Below are positions 34,415-35,209 of a stretch of 35,209 nucleotides of DNA, one piece after another (the first letter of the stretch is position 1; each line of letters opens with the position of its first letter). This stretch comes from a virus (lineage: Duplodnaviria; Caudoviricetes), in the IMG/VR virus record IMGVR_UViG_3300029825_000751, positions 1 to 35,209 of that record; one strand, 5' to 3'. The position numbers and the translations under genes are program-made. Under the pieces are notes generated by a model that was given only the letters and a program-made list of their open reading frames with translations, did no database searches and was not told the DNA's origin.

Positions 34415-35209
34415 ATGAAGACGCCTATAACTTATTGGGGTGGTAAACAACAATTGACAAAGCGTATTTTGTCGCTAATCCCAACGCATAAGCAATACGA
34501 TGAGCCATTCTTCGGAGGTGGGGCAATATTTTTTGCCAAGCAGCCATCCGAAATTGAATTTATCAACGATGTAAATGGTGAGATGGTCAACTTCTACCGT
34601 ACGTTGAAACGCAAGTTTCCCGAGTTGAAAGATGAAGTCGATTGTACGCTACATAGCGAATTTCAACACAACCAGGCCCGGGAGATATATTCCGATCCAC
34701 TTTCGCATTCGGATGTGCTGCGATCATGGGCCGTGTGGATGCTCAGCAAGCAATCCATTTACTCGATTTTCACAAATGGGTGGGCGGTAAGCATCGATAG
34801 CAATAAGGCCAAGCAGGTACAATGGTCGAAAGAAACTTTCACCATTTTATACGCCCGACGCCTGGAACGTACAAGCATCTTTTGTCGGGATGCTATAAAT
34901 GTCATTGAATCGACTGACACGCCGACCACGTTCCATTACGTCGATCCTCCGTATTTTAATTCCGATATGGGCCACTATGACGGATATACCAAAGAGGACT
35001 TCACCAACCTGCTAAATGTGTTATCGTCGTGCAGGGGGCGGTTTATGCTTAGCAGCTATCCGAGCGATATATTAAACGAATATGTGAAGCAAAACGGTTG
35101 GAAGTGTATTGAAATGAACATGAAAAAATCATCCGGGAAAGGGAACAAAACGGAAGTCTTAACGATTAACTACCATAAGCCGGTAGCAAGACAGATGATG
35201 CTGTTCTAA
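34415..35209 (+). CDS. DNA adenine methyltransferase (Dam/D12 class) in the Mu mom position
   Basis: YWGGK, motif I EPFFGGGA, INDVN, motif IV VDPPY. Confidence 0.92.
   Translation: MKTPITYWGGKQQLTKRILSLIPTHKQYDEPFFGGGAIFFAKQPSEIEFINDVNGEMVNFYRTLKRKFPELKDEVDCTLHSEFQHNQAREIYSDPLSHSDVLRSWAVWMLSKQSIYSIFTNGWAVSIDSNKAKQVQWSKETFTILYARRLERTSIFCRDAINVIESTDTPTTFHYVDPPYFNSDMGHYDGYTKEDFTNLLNVLSSCRGRFMLSSYPSDILNEYVKQNGWKCIEMNMKKSSGKGNKTEVLTINYHKPVARQMMLF

Larger units (their letters stand above)
1..35209. mobile_element. Mu-like transposable prophage/phage, siphovirus-type tail, probable Bacteroidales host (ends outside window)
   Basis: Repressor, Ner/Cro, DDE transposase and AAA ATPase early module; Mu-type portal, MuF, gp36, gp37 and morphogenesis genes; tape measure with no sheath gene; methylase in the mom position; Bacteroidetes TAnnTTTG promoter boxes. 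Confidence 0.93.

Noticed and set aside
1-35209. Mu-type TG...CA termini and transposase binding sites
   Set aside because: The window begins and ends exactly at stop codons, so the ends lie outside it; no convincing end repeats were seen.

Overview
The whole window is a Mu-like (transposable) temperate phage with a non-contractile tail, most likely from a Bacteroidales host (TAnnTTTG promoters, Bacteroidetes-style lipoproteins). Left to right it carries: a CI/S24 repressor with a divergent Cro/Ner-like gene; a DDE transposase and two P-loop ATPases; GemA-like and other early genes; divergent head modules (terminase, portal-MuF fusion, neck genes on the minus strand; protease and capsid on the plus strand); lysis genes; tail tube, chaperones, tape measure and tail-tip genes; two lipoprotein morons; and a Dam-type methylase in the Mu mom position. 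The main result is a split diversity-generating retroelement (DGR). One reverse transcriptase (8491-9477) lies next to TR1 (8301-8385), which diversifies two small paralogous early-region proteins. A second template of different sequence, TR2 (28157-28269), lies about 19 kb away with no RT next to it and diversifies a CLec-type tail-fibre protein. All mismatches inside the three VR/TR alignments are at TR adenines, except one at the 5' edge of VR1. Both TRs sit in the same predicted RNA scaffold, with an enclosing stem that changed sequence but kept its pairing, which suggests one RT acts in trans on two template RNAs. No avd gene is recognisable. The prophage ends are not visible. All product calls come from motif and synteny recognition, not database searches.
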